Of a DNA stretch of 64,000 bases, positions 27,701 to 42,200 are shown in pieces; position 1 is the first letter of the stretch; every line of letters starts with the position of its first letter. Where the stretch lies: assembly GCA_964016885.1 (NCBI GenBank), contig OZ024740.1, positions 420,484,001 to 420,548,000 on the forward strand. Direction: 5' to 3'. The stretch comes from Eledone cirrhosa (Eukaryota). The position numbers were made by a program, and so were the translations under genes. A model generated the notes under the pieces. It was not told where the DNA came from. It saw nothing but the letters and a program-made list of their open reading frames with translations, and ran no database searches.

Positions 27701-30700
27701 ACATTTTAGTCAACAGTTTGTCTCAAATATTTTCTATGCTTGAAAAATTGTGATAAAATATTTTTAGTATTAAGAAAATGATAGCATATAAATTCTCAAT
27801 ATTGGAAAATATACCTAACTTTTCTTAATGTAAAGGCACTCTCTAGTTTGGGTGGATAAAATATTTTTACAAATAAAAAAAAACATCATTTTAAATATCA
27901 TAATTGGTTGCACCACAAGAAAAATAGTTGATTTCAAATACTATTTAAATATGAAGGGTACATTTTATTAGTGTAGTCTGCTCCAACTTAGATACTAAAC
28001 TTCAGATAACAGTTATATCGCTATCCTTAAATTTTTACTGCCTCCATCATTTCCAGATAAAATCTCCACATTCATACATATTAAAATAATATGATGTCTG
28101 TCACAGTACTAGTCACTAAATTCAATGTTGTTGAAAATCACCTGCAATAAAATCTTGGAAATTTAGAGTCATTCTCTGATCAAGTTCACTTTGTATGTCT
28201 ATACTGCAGCAAATTCTAGGTTCTTCTGTCATATACAAACAAATTGCACTGCAATAGAGTGGTATACACTCCTCCATACCACCAACTAGTGTGTAGCAAG
28301 AAAGATATCCTAGAAGTGATTTTAAACAAGATGTTATACCAGCTACTCCCAGTTATTCACTTTATTATTTTAAAAAAAGGTCTAAAATCTGTCTCAAGCC
28401 GGTGCTTATCCTGATTTCTGTGGTATTAACTGACTGAGATTACAAGACACCCACTGGACAGGACACCAGTCCATCGCATGGTTAAACCTCCAGTTATTAC
28501 TGGTACTTATTTTTGGATGAATATACTGGAGCAATATGAAATAAAGTGTTTTGCTCAAGAACACAACTCACAACCCATTTCAGGAATAGAACCTATGAAA
28601 TTATGATTGTAAGTCCAACACACCACTCAGTTATCCCCATGTCATATGTCTTCAGAAGCAGTGCAATGTTATTTAACAACTATGAATTATTTTAAATACT
28701 TGACACAGTAAATCTCTATATATGTTATCATTTACAGTCAGTTGCTTTTTCTTGTTTCAGACATTCAGTTTTGTGGCTTGTCTTAGCCATAACAAGCATA
28801 AATTTTACTTTAAAGAGCTTTAAATATTCATACAAAATGAATGAAGATAAAATTTCCAAACAAATTATTTAAATAAATACATCGTCATCATCATTTAATG
28901 TCCACTTTCCATGCTAGCTAGGGTTGGACGACGGATCGACATAGAATTCTTTTACTTCAATAAAAAATAAAATATGTAAGGTGGGATTATGATTAGTTGA
29001 GCATTTGTATCTCTCAAATAATCATAATCCCATTGAAAAATAAGAATTTTATGTATGTAAATAAGCAAATAAGACCATCAGACTTAAATCTAAACATAGA
29101 TATACCTAACACAAACAAAGTAATCACTGAATGTCCCTAAATGTAAATAGGGCCACCAGACCCCTATATGTAAATAATACACTCCAAAAACAAAGCCATC
29201 TATAAACAAATCACCCAGGGGATAAGACCATTGAATGTCAAACTTGTAACTAATACACTCATTAAAACAAAACTAATTACAAACTCTATATATCTTGCTA
29301 GACTCTTATCATATTTGTATGCTATTGCCAATGACCCAATTCATCTATTTCAATGATGTCCAGCCTTAAAAACTATTTTATGCCAGTGTCCATAATCATC
29401 TTCACATACCCCTACCATCCTGTCCACTATCCTAACCCCACTCCCTGAGTTTTCCTTTATTTGTAGTGTCTCTGCTATTGAATTTTAGTTCTTGTCTGAT
29501 GACCCTGTGATAAACCGGTGAAACTCCAGAGTAACAAGACTCACTATTTAGTCTTAATAAAATGAATATTAACACTCTACTTCGGTATTGAGTACTCTTT
29601 TTTTCTTAGTCATCAACCACAGAGGGATCATCATCACTGTTTAACGTCCATTTTTCCATGCTAGCATGGGTTAGACAAGTTATCCTGTTGTGAGCCATGC
29701 TAGGTCAGGTGACTATGTCTTGCTCATACAGAACCGATTTTGGCTTGATTTCTACAGTCGGATGCCCTTCCTAATGCCAACCTCATTTACAGTGAGTACT
29801 GGGTGTTTTTTGTCGTGACGTCTACACGACCATTTTATAATGCAGTCTGGAGGCTTCACTGTGTGGGGGTGGACGGTGCGTATATATATATATATATATA
29901 TAAATATATATATATATTTAAACTACTAGATCCTTCTTCGCCCACTTATTCCTGAGGGGGTCGTGGAGGCAGATTCCTCAAATAGTCCTTCCAGTGGATC
30001 CTGTCAAAAGCAACCGTCTCCAACTGATCCTGCTGGATCCTAGTTTCAAAATGTCCCACAAGCTCCCTTAACACTTCTCTACTCTAATTAATTTGGGGCA
30101 ATATCATAAGGAAATAATGATTATTTAGATTTTTTTTTTCTTAAACAAAATATTTTACAATTCAAATAATTCCAATTTTATTTCTAAAATCTGCTTTATG
30201 ATTAGAAAGAGTTGTTTTTGTTTTTGTTTTTGTTTTTTACTTTCTATAGAAATTCTGAAACACAAAAACCTCGATCATCAGATGCTGTTTCTAACACACA
30301 ACCCAGTGTAAGTCTGATTCTTCGTGCTGAGCCCACAGTCACAAGTATTCTCAAGGTAACACAACTTTATTATTAGTTTACTATTTTGTGACTTCTTTCT
30401 TTCTTCCTTCAAGCTAATTAGATTCTAAAATTCTTTAAATTACAAATTATCTCGTTATTTTAATTTATGTTTGTGTTTTGAAGAAGGGTGGTTCTGATCA
30501 ATTTATGTTTGTTGAAGAGACGGAAAAAAAAAGTTATTTAGAGCAAGTTTGAGTAACTTACCTATGACATTCTTGTATATTTGACTGCTAAGGTAAATGA
30601 CATCTCTCTCTTAATACTTACTGTCCATATTTCTTGCTGCCTATATTTTCCTTATTTACATTTTGATAAACATATGTTTTATCTTTCTTAAATACCTTTT

Positions 30701-33700
30701 CTTAAAACCTTTATTTTATTTGAAATATATGATTTTAAATATATTTGTTTGGCCAATTACAACTTCAAATTGAAAATATGTTAACAAGATTTTGGTTAAA
30801 TTTTAAGTTCCATTTCCAGGTTTCTGTGGTTGCATGTGTATGCTTGTATCTGTTGGTGTTTGTAATTTTGATATCAGTATCTTTGCAAGTCTGTTTTGCT
30901 ATATATACAATTATTCTTTCATATTTTTTTAATATATTTGCTACCACATCTATACATAATGTGACTTCTTCTTTGCCCACTTATTCCTGAGAGGGTCATG
31001 AGGGCAGTCCTTAAACACTCCTTCCAGTGGGTCCTGTCAAAGGCAACCATCTCCAACTAACCCAGCTGGATCCCCAAGTGAGATCAGCCAAGTTCATGGG
31101 TGTTATCCTGCCAGTTGGTTTTGCCTGTAAAATATGTCCAGCGATTCTTTCCTGAGACATTCTAACCACATGCCCATAGTATCAGAGCTGTGATCTCTCA
31201 ATTCCAAGAAGTAGCGGCTAAATCACTGATCTCCAAGCTATACACTATCAAGTAATATTACTCCAAATACCCTTCAGAGGAACCCCATTTCGGCCACTTG
31301 TATTTGTGATCATATTCTTTGTGACAATATGGTAATATATTTTCTATATTAAAAATCAAAAGTATCTGTAATGTTATAAATAAATACCTCAACCTAATGC
31401 CATACTTTAAAATATTTTTAAAATGTAAAGAAATATCATTAAAACACTTAAAACAATTTTATTTAGGTCATCCAACATTCTGTTTTTCTCCTAGAGCCTC
31501 CCTCACTGTTGCTTCTTTTAACCTCTATGCCTTCAGTGTTGGTTGGTATTTTCTCTACTGAGATCTTCACCCACCTTTCACTCTCATGTCACATACAACC
31601 AGATGGTGCTGTGTATGTCACATACAACCAGATGGTGTAACAACTTCGAGTCTCATTCACCCACTGTCTACAAACTCTACAGAAATCATGACACTAATAC
31701 CTCCTTTCCATCATGTCTCCTGCACACAACATATGTCCACTCTTCTTCTATTCAGTATATCCACCACTTCTACCAATTTCCCTCTCATGGTCCATATATT
31801 CCATGTCCCAAACCTCATATACTGGTCTGCACAAGGAATATCTGGCACTCCTCCCTTGTATTGACTGGCTTCTACAAGAGAGGGTGGGGTGCCTTTGGCT
31901 AGATGTTATATTCATCTTGAGGTCTTTATGGAGGTAATTTTTTTATGGCTGGATGCCCTTCCTGGTACCAACTCTTTTAGTCACCTCTTACTGAGATATG
32001 ATGTACCTATTCTAAACCAGATACATACAGTAAATATATATATCATCATCACCGTTTAACATTCATTTTTCATACTAGCATGGGTTAAACAAGTTGTTCC
32101 GTTGTGAGACAAGCCAGATCAAATGACTGCGTCATGCTCATACAGGGCTGATTTTAGCTTCGTTTCTACAGCTGGATGCCCTTCCTAACACCAACCACAT
32201 TTACAGTGTGAACCGGGCACTTTTTATCGTGACACATACACAACCACTTTACAGTGTGGGCTGGGTGCTTTTTATAGTGTCACCAACACAACCACTTTAC
32301 AGTGTGGACTAAACGCTTTTTGTTGTGGCACCAAAACAACTAATTTACAGTGTTGGGTGTTAGGGTGTGGTTGGAGTGTTCAGACGTGGGAGGGGGAAGG
32401 TAGTGCATTCTAGATGTATGCTTCAATCCTTGCTCATGGGAAGACATGTCTTCTGCATTACTGCATAATACTAGAGATCTCATTCCTATGTCAACGCCTT
32501 TGAGAAGTGCAGTTGTGCAAGGTCAGCTTTTACCACTTCATCACAAGTCTTCCTAGGTCTTCCTCTTCCATAGCTTCCATCAACTTTGAGTGCTCTGCAC
32601 CTTTTTATACAGCTGTCATTTGCCACATGCATCAAATGTCCATACCACTGCAATCTTCTCTCCTGCACACTGCATCTGATCCCACTTATGCTCAGTTTCT
32701 CCCTGAGTTCATTTACTTTGCTGTTCTTGTATATTACTAATACTCATCCATCAAAGCATGCAAGCTTCATTTCTTTCCAATTTGTGCAAGTCCTTTTCAC
32801 ATAGTGCTCATGTTCCACTGCCATGCAATATATATATATATATATACACACACACAGGGTGAATAAAAAAAATGATAACACTTCGAATATCCTTAGTTCA
32901 AACCATTAAAAGCAACATATGAAAAATTCACTATCTTCTGATGTTTCTCTCCAGGGTTACAGCATATATTCCAATTGATCTCCATTTGAATCTATGCATT
33001 TTTTGAGGCACAATGTGAAGTTTAGCATAACGTCTTTACAAACAGACCAAGTGACAGGAAAGTCATCCATCTAATAAAACTATATCAAATCTATGACTAT
33101 GTGGCAGGAAGGTCATCTATCTAATAAAACTGTATTAAATCTATGACTGGGTGCTTTTTGTCATGTCATCAACACAATCACTTTAAAGTGTGGACTGGGT
33201 GCATTTTGTGCTGTCACCAACAAAACCACATTACAGTGTGGACTGAGTGCTTTTTGTGCTGTCACCAACATGACTACATTACAGGGTGGACTGAGTGCTT
33301 TTTGTCATGTCACCAACACAACCACATTACAGGGTGGACTGGGTGCTTTTTGTCATGTCACCAGCACAATCTGTATTTTACTAACAGGCATCCCTTTTAT
33401 GTTGTTTGCAATTAATTGATCTAGAACAATATAAATGAGACAATTTAAAAAGATAAAGAAAACCAAAGTAAAGTTAGTCCCCGGTCAGCTCTGAATGAGC
33501 AGACCTGTGATGAAAGGCTTTCTGGCCATAAGAAAAGTTCTTTGTTTTGACTAGACACCCACCTTTTAAAAGTATGTATCTTCAACTCTGAATGTGATTG
33601 AATGAGAGAAATAGAGGGATATTGTAACTGTTTATTTTCACTGGAAAGTCTTTTCATAAGATACACTCTCTATTTTGTGCTGTTGTACAATGACATTGTA

Positions 33701-36184
33701 AAAATCAAGATTGCTCAGTGCTCATATGGAATATCTAACTTTCAGTTTAGAAATGTGGAGAATAAAACACTTTTTTTTTGCTTTGTTTATTATCACATTT
33801 AAAAAAATATTTTTACTATAAAAGCAAAGCCTCAAATTCAATGTATTCAATTATTTTCAAAGGTTTGATGAAAATATTGTATGTAAATTAAGTCTGATTT
33901 CAGTGGCTCAACTTTCCATTTTGTAAGCCTTATAAGGCAGAAGGGAGTTCAGATTTATAAAAGTCTTGGAGATTGTAGGAATGAACACACCTATGTCATT
34001 ATTTCGGCAGAATTTTGGTGTTCTTATCACCCAGCTGGTCTTATTGTCAATTGCTTCCTCGTTTGAAGTACACACACTCTCTCTTTCTCTCTCTCTCACA
34101 CACACACATGACATTCCTCTCAAATGGTATATTTCCAAGACCTTTCCATCTTTGGATATTTGGTAAAAGAAATTTAGGAATTTCCAATTTGAGAAATATT
34201 TTTATTGAAGTATTAAATTTGATGAAGGTGAATTTTTGAATTTTTTGTTTTAAATTTTAGAGAATAATGAAGCTACTATATTTTATCACAACATATCTCC
34301 ATTAAAATATGCTGTGATGATGATGATGACTGTAATGATAACTGCAATAATAACTGCAATAATAACTGCAATAACTTTGAAAGGTGTATTCTAATATAAA
34401 CACTGAAAGTATGTTTGGAACACAGCAAGCGAAGTTTACAATTGAAACAGAAATAGAAGTTTTACTATAATATTTTTGACTATAATATAGTCTAATAATG
34501 GGGCGTATAAACCTACTGAACAGGAAAAAATGGGTATCAGCACAGATGGGAGTCGAACACACAACTCTCATTTGCTGGATGAGTACGCTACCATTACACC
34601 ATATGAACCCACCCAGTTGTTTCTGTTAATGTACTCATCCGGTAGACAAGAAGTGTGGGTTGACTCCCATGTGTGCTTTTCCGTTCAGTGAATTTATATT
34701 AAATAGTGAAAAATATTACGGCGAAGCTTCTATTTTAATTCTATTCTAATATAGTTACTGATAATGAGGAGTTCTTCAATTTTGTCTACATGTGTTAGTT
34801 TAAAGTATTATATTTTATAAATTAAATGTTATTATACTCTGACCTTTTTTTTATAATTATTTTTATAATCTATTCAACAAAATACTGTGACATCAATCAG
34901 AACTGAAATATTGAAATATTCAACTCTTTTTTCTCCCATCTATAATCTTTAAAGTGATCTCATTGAAAACTGGTTCACTCTGACTAGAAAAATGTTTAAA
35001 GGATTTAAAATTTCAAGAATTTTTTTCCCCTTCAGCTAGTTGCTTTATTTCTGTATCACCTGTATCACAATAGATCGATACATATATATATATAATACCA
35101 TCCAGGAGAACTTTGTTGAACATTTTTATTTCAGTGTGACTTAACTAAATATTTTGTGGTCCAATGTTTTAAATTCTGAAAAAGTATTCGGTTGACTTGC
35201 AGTTTACTGGTTCCCCTCATAATATGGTGACTGTAGAAGATGTGCATTCAGTAAGTTTGCTATGATTTTCAGTATTATGTGAAACCAGAAATAACTTACA
35301 TTGATTTCCAACACAGTATATCTATTTCTCTCTATATATCTTTCTCTATCTCTATCTCTTCCCATTCTATCCCCTTCTGTTTAACCAATATAATCATGTA
35401 CGTAATCCCTTCACTAGTTTAAAAAACCCCAAAAGGTGTCTTTTATCATTAGTTGTAACTAGAAATAGTTGTTTAGAATAGAATTCTTTGCAGTAATACT
35501 ATTATACAAATACTAGTCTAAAATACCAGTAATTAATAAACTAGGAGTTAGAACAAACGTGAAACTTTAGAATCCCATATTGTCCAACTTGAGACATTCT
35601 TCAACTGAGTGCATGTCTTCTAAGATCTTTACTGACAGTTCATCTTATAAATATCTAAAGTACTGTTCTCTCTCTTTAGAGTCGGCTGACCACTGTTAGT
35701 ATAACCATTATTATTATTATTATTTAACCCTAACTATATTGATAGATTAACTTTCTAGATGTGCTGAATCACTGAGTGTGGTATATTGTATTAACATGTA
35801 ATTGATATATGTATATATGCTTTCATGTGCAAATGTGTGTGTGTTTGTGTATCGTTCTATACTCCTTTTCTTTCTTCCATTTATGTAGACAGACTTTGAG
35901 CTGATAATGATGTATATCTATCTCAACTTGAGGTATACATCCAGGACTGGTTGTTTCTCTCTATAAAAAAATAAACTAGTTCTCATTGCAGAATCAATGG
36001 ATTATCTGAAAAAGAAGTTTGAAATTTGGAAAGATGGAAGTGAGCCAAACTAGCTAAAGATGAACATGGTTCAGAGACTAGTTAGTAGTATAGGTCTAAG
36101 AACTACAATATCATTTGTTTTACTTTATAGTCATAGTTGCTAAGATATAAGGATTAATTTAGTCAACTTCTACCGCAGTTGTTG

Positions 36185-36227
<43 letters not shown>

Positions 36228-39200
36228 AATTATTGTGTACAGTGCTCAGGTGCAGTACAACTTATCAAAGGTGCATGTATAGTACATAGAATAATGAACA
36301 AATGTCAGAAAAATGAACAGTGTATGAGTCCTAATATACATGTGTGTGTGTGTATGAAGGGGGGGATATCAGGTGTAGTGTTGGCGAATTTCAGGAAGCA
36401 TGGAGGTTTTAAAGGATGCAGTGTTTCAGCAGCTAACAACTGATGCAGGTACTCTGTTCCATGATTCAGCAAATCTGAGCGTGAAAAAATGTTTCCAAAA
36501 GTCATGGGAGCTGTGCTGTTTTTTTACTTTGTAGGTATGCCCACGGTGTTAGACACATGGAATTCAAAAAGGTGCTCAGGGTTGTTGTTGGCAAGATGGT
36601 TAATAATATACAGACATTATGAAGCTATACATGTGTGATGTTAGACTTGAATGGTGGACAATACAGACCAACAGTAGTATAAGTTGAATATTGTCTATTT
36701 GACATGTAAAGCTGTCTTAAGAGAAAGGTTGAGAATGTGAGTTAAGGAAGTGACTGGACATTAAAAACATGCTATGTGGTGTAAAAATATAACTGTATTA
36801 TTAGGTGATGTGAAAGATGTCCATAATAAAAGTAGACCAATGAAAACATGGGAGAGGGAATAATTATATCAGACTTGTATAGTATTAATGTTTAGTTATA
36901 TACACAGATTCTACACACTTTCCTAAAAGCAAACGCATGTATTGAGCACTGTAATGTTTCAGCACAAACCCATAAATATACACACATACGTATTATAACA
37001 TGAAATAGACAATAGCTGTATTTAAAAGACTGTTATATGTACACAACTCCTTCCACTAACGAGATTGAATTAACAATCAAAACACAGTGCCATATCTGTT
37101 TTGTTCATGTGATCAAATAAAACTTAGAAAAACAGCCACATTTGAACATCATTCAAATCTTAAATTAAATTTTAAATAATTCATTAAACAATTTCTTCTC
37201 TCAACTTTTAATTTTATTTGGTCTTAATTTATAGAATATATTAACATAATTTTAAGGTATGATAAAACCAGTGTTCCTCTCTCTCTCCTCGGTATTATAA
37301 CAATTGTCTTACATTCACTAGCACATATGCACACTTCTGCAGACCCCATATAAATCCACTTCCCTGTTATTTCACATTCCGTACTTCCTTTCATTGCTCT
37401 CCCCCTCCCCCCTGAACTTATTTTCAACAGTCACCAGAAAACTGCAACTCAACCATGTTGAAATTTGTTGTATGTTATTTTTTTTTTTCACATACTCACA
37501 TTGCACAGACTTTCTGTATGTAGCTCTTAACACATACTCTCTCTCTCTCTCTCATCTCTATATAGCTCTCTATATCTCCCTCTTGTATTTATATAGCTCT
37601 CTCTATCTCTCTCCCTCTTGTATCTATATAGCTCTCTATCTCTCTCCCTCTTGTATCTCTATAGCTCTCTCTATCTCTCTCTCCCTCTTGTATCTCTATA
37701 ACTCTCTCTATCTCTCTCTCCCTCTTGTATCTATATAGCTCTCTCTCCCTCTTGTATTTATATAGCTCTCTATCTCTCTCCCTCTCATCTCTATATAGCT
37801 CTCTCTATCTCTTTCCTTCTTGTATCTATATAGCTCTCTCTCTCTCTCTCTCTCCCTCTTGTATTTATGTAGCTCTCTATCTCTCTCTCTTGTATCTATA
37901 TAGCTCTCTATCCCTCTTGTATTTATATAGCTCTCTCTCTCCCTCTTGTATCTATATAGCTCTCTATCTCTCCCTCTTGTATCTCTATAGTTCTCTCTAT
38001 CTCTCCCCCTCTTGTATCTACATAGCTCTCTCTATCTCTCCCCACTTGTATCTACATAGCTCTCTATATCTCTCTCCCTCTTGTATCTACATAGCTCTCT
38101 ATATCTCTCTCCCTCTTGCATCTACATAGCTCTCTATATCTCTCTCCCTCTTGTATCTACATAGCTCTCTATATCTCTCTCCCTCTTGCATCTACATAGC
38201 TCTATATATCTCTCTCCCTCTTGTATCTACATAGCTCTCTATATCTCTCTCCCTCTTGATATCCAATTATGGAGCAGAAGAGAGTAAGTATTAGAAACCT
38301 ATTTTCATGTAAGGAAAATTTCTTTGAAGGAAATATTTTCTATTTCTTATCTTGATTTTTTTTCTTTACACATTTTTTAAAAGGAAATATAATGGTAGGT
38401 ATTATAATAATGTCAATTACCTTTACAGTCTAAGTTCTAGATAGATTCATTATTTAGAACTGTGTTTTCATTGTACTTAAAACTAAAACTGGACTAGATC
38501 TGTCAAAATTAGACATACAATAAAACATCTACCATTAAGGGTAACTTTCGAGGGCCTTTCCATATTTAGAATTAAACCTTATTTTTCACACATTAAAGTC
38601 CAAACAAACATTCTAGCCAAATATGGTAAGTATTTTAATATGTTTTTTTTTTTACCAAATATGTTTCAATTAATTGCTGTATGAAGTTCACATGTAAACC
38701 TTTAAATTAAATTTCTAATTAATTAGATATTAAATATTATAGCAATAATTTTACTGTAATAGATATTTTGCAGTAGTTGATAATTTTAATTCTATTCTAA
38801 TAAAACTTCAGGTAATGTGATGTATTTCATGTTTCATGGCACTGTATTTTGAAATCTTGGACTCTTAATCTACATGCTTAGTTTACATGGATGAAAATAA
38901 GAACTTAACCCTCTTAATGCCAATCTGCTCTAGACCACCCTTTCATTTTATGATACAAAACTCCTTGTTTTAAAGTGGTATATTTAATTTTAAACAGCCT
39001 ATCATAATTTTATATAAGAACTTTTTGTTGTGTTCTAAACACCAACTTAGTAATGACAAATTAATTTATCACTCCAAATTCTTGATTATTTTCAAAATTA
39101 CCATATTTACTCGAATATAAGCCATACCCCTATTTATGTCTGATATAGACAAAAATCCAAACCCTGTTCATAAGCTGAGGCAGCTAATCAACACAATATA

Positions 39201-42200
39201 TTTAGATGGTGTGATTTTGACATTTTCATGAGTATAAAATATATTTATGAAATTTTAATATTTTGGTATTTAAAATGTTTTAAGTGTTGTTTAGATTATA
39301 GTTTTTGTTTCACAACTCCATTATGTAACGATTTTTTACTATTTCATCTTTTTTATAAAGTTTCAAGTTTCTGAAATTTTTGTTTACTTCTGGCCACTGA
39401 TTGGTGGGAGTAGTTGAAAGGAAGAGACCGAATAAGAGAACTTTGTATAGAGATTCATAGAGTAGAAGAGGGAGACAGCAAGTGAGAGAGTGAGAGCAAT
39501 AAAACAGAAGTCAGAAGTAAGATTGAAAGAAAAAGTATTATTAAATCAAAGAAAAACAACTGGTATGCATGTATGTGTGTGTATGCATATGGGATATTTA
39601 TGTATTAAAAAGTTCAAATTATAAAAATTTGTTGGAAATATTTTCAAGGGAATTCATAAATAACACTAATGACAATGTAGTAAATGTAGAAAAGCAGTGT
39701 TTCATTATAAAATTAGCACCTTATTTATGTAGAATTTGAAGTTGGTGAAAATCGGCAAAATATTGACTTTCAATTACGTCGGACCTCCCTTCCTCCATTT
39801 TACCATTGATTTTTTTTGTCATATTTCTTGGCTTCTATACAAGTATATACGGTAATTGAAATATATTGGCAGAGTATTTCATGTGAAATATGGTCACAGA
39901 AGGGTGGCTGTTCTTTAGAAAGTCAAATGAGTTTATATAACTTTAAAAATATCAAGTGACTAAAATATTGTAATATTTTCTTTAATTATTGAATTATTAT
40001 TTCCAATTTTCTAAAAGCAAACTCTTTGTAATATCTTTCATTTATTTTAATTACTACCATATATACTCAAATATAAGCTGACCTCTCTATTTTATGTCAG
40101 AGAAATCGGCAAAAATCCAATTCCTGTTTATAAGTCAAGGTAGTTAATCAATACGTTGTTTAGATGGCATATAATAAGCCCCCTCTCTCATTTTACCATT
40201 GACTTTTTGGGGTCACATATTCTTTGGCTTATATTCAATTATGTACGGTATATTGTTGCTTTTTTTAACTATTTAAAAAAAAATTTCTTTATTATTTTTT
40301 ACTTTTTGTTGCTAAGACAATGTTTGGAAATTATTTTAAAATACAGGAAATAGTAATAATTGTTTCTACTTTAGGCACAAGGCCAGCAATTACCCAGTGC
40401 ATTACTGTTACTTTATTTTATCGACCCTGTAAGGATGAAAGGCAAATAGTAATAATGGTATCTAATTCAGGGACAAGCCCAACAATTTGAAGGGAGGGGA
40501 AAGTTGATTAAAATCAACCCCAGTACTTAATTGATACTGTATTTTATCAATCTCAAAAGAACGAGAGGCAAAGTTGACCTCAGCAGGATTTGAACTCAGT
40601 AAATACATATAGTGGAACCTCAGTTCACGAAAAAAATCAGTTTGTGAACAATTTTTCCGAATGTAAAATGTCTCAGTTGACAAAAGGTGTCTCAAATAAC
40701 GAACACATAAGCCGACAACAACAGTTGGCAACAAGCTGGGAGTATCAGCAGGAAAGCGTCACTTACTGTGTAGTTAGTTACTGTAGTGATATCTATGTCT
40801 CTCAACATTTTGTATGGGAAAAATAGTTTCGGTTTATGAACATGCCGGAAGACGAACGACCTTCAGGGACAAATTAAGTTTGTGAACCAAGGTCCCACGG
40901 TACTTTTTGAAAATTTGGAATTATTTCATGTACTAAATATGATCAAGTAATAACAATTGATCTCAGTTTCTTGGTAAAGAATTTGATTGAAGGGAACATG
41001 TTCAGTGAAATCAAACCCGTCACTGTATACCTTTTAACAATCTGTTTCTACAGATGGAGGAAATTTGGGGGTTTTCCTAATTTTTATATTTAGTTTCCTT
41101 TTTTACTTTCTTGACTCTTTCTAGACACTAGATGCTGATTACTCCAAAAACCAAGAACCTTTATTAGGAGTATTATCACATATGCTTTCTGGGAAAAGTT
41201 TTGAACTAATTCTTGCAGCTGCTGCTGCCACAGGAAAGCTACAAAGCTTTGCTATCAAGCTAGTCAAGTAAGTAGTTGATAATCTTTTTCTCCCTTGTGT
41301 CATCCCTCCATCAAAGGTGAAACATTTATTTTGTTTTTTCTAATGGCTAGAACATATGTGGCTTGTCACACCTGCATACTCATAGATTTCTCCACTAACT
41401 GGAGCAGTTATGTCAACCCATTGTCAAATTAATAGTCAATCATCTGCAGTCATCTAACAACATTAATTAAAGATGGTTTTGTTATTGATTTTGTATTGGT
41501 AAAGCCAGTATAATGTGAATAGGAAATACAATGGTGGAACAAAACAATAGTTTTTACTCTGTATATTTCAGAAATTTTAGAAGTAGATATATCTAAGATT
41601 TTCTGGCTTAAAATAAAACCTATTGTTGTGTACAGTTAAAGATTTCTGTAACAAAAGGTAATCTTTTTATATAAGCAAAGATATAAATTGTTCTCTATAT
41701 TTAGTCTTGATTTTTTATTTGATACATTTGTTTTGTTAATATATTCTAGGTTTAATGAATTTGCTCGTCAAGCAACAGGTGAGAGTGGAAAAGCATCCAA
41801 TACAAGAGCTCTGTTGTTTGACATTTCCTTCTTAATGTTGTGTCACATAGCACAACTTTATGGTGCCGAGGTAACTATTTCTTCTAATACCATTTACTTT
41901 TTACCTCTGACCATCTTTTTCATATTTTACTTATTACTATTACTACTACTACTGCTGCCACCACCAAATTCATAATATTTTGAATCCCTAACCCTCTAAC
42001 CCAGCCCCCCTTCACTTCAAACTCACAATATTATGAATCTTATTTACTCTTATTAGTGGTCTGCAAGAAATGTTGAATGTTCCAAAAAGTCATATCCCAG
42101 TTTGTAATCATGAGAAAACATGAAGCCATGGTTTTTTTTGTACTAAATTTGGCAAAGTTTTAGACATAATATAACATACAAAACTTATATAGTTTCTTTG

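Noticed and set aside
37394-38129. LYLYSS-repeat ORFs, and the YYCIY-repeat ORFs at 51732-54306
   Set aside because: They are minisatellite translations.
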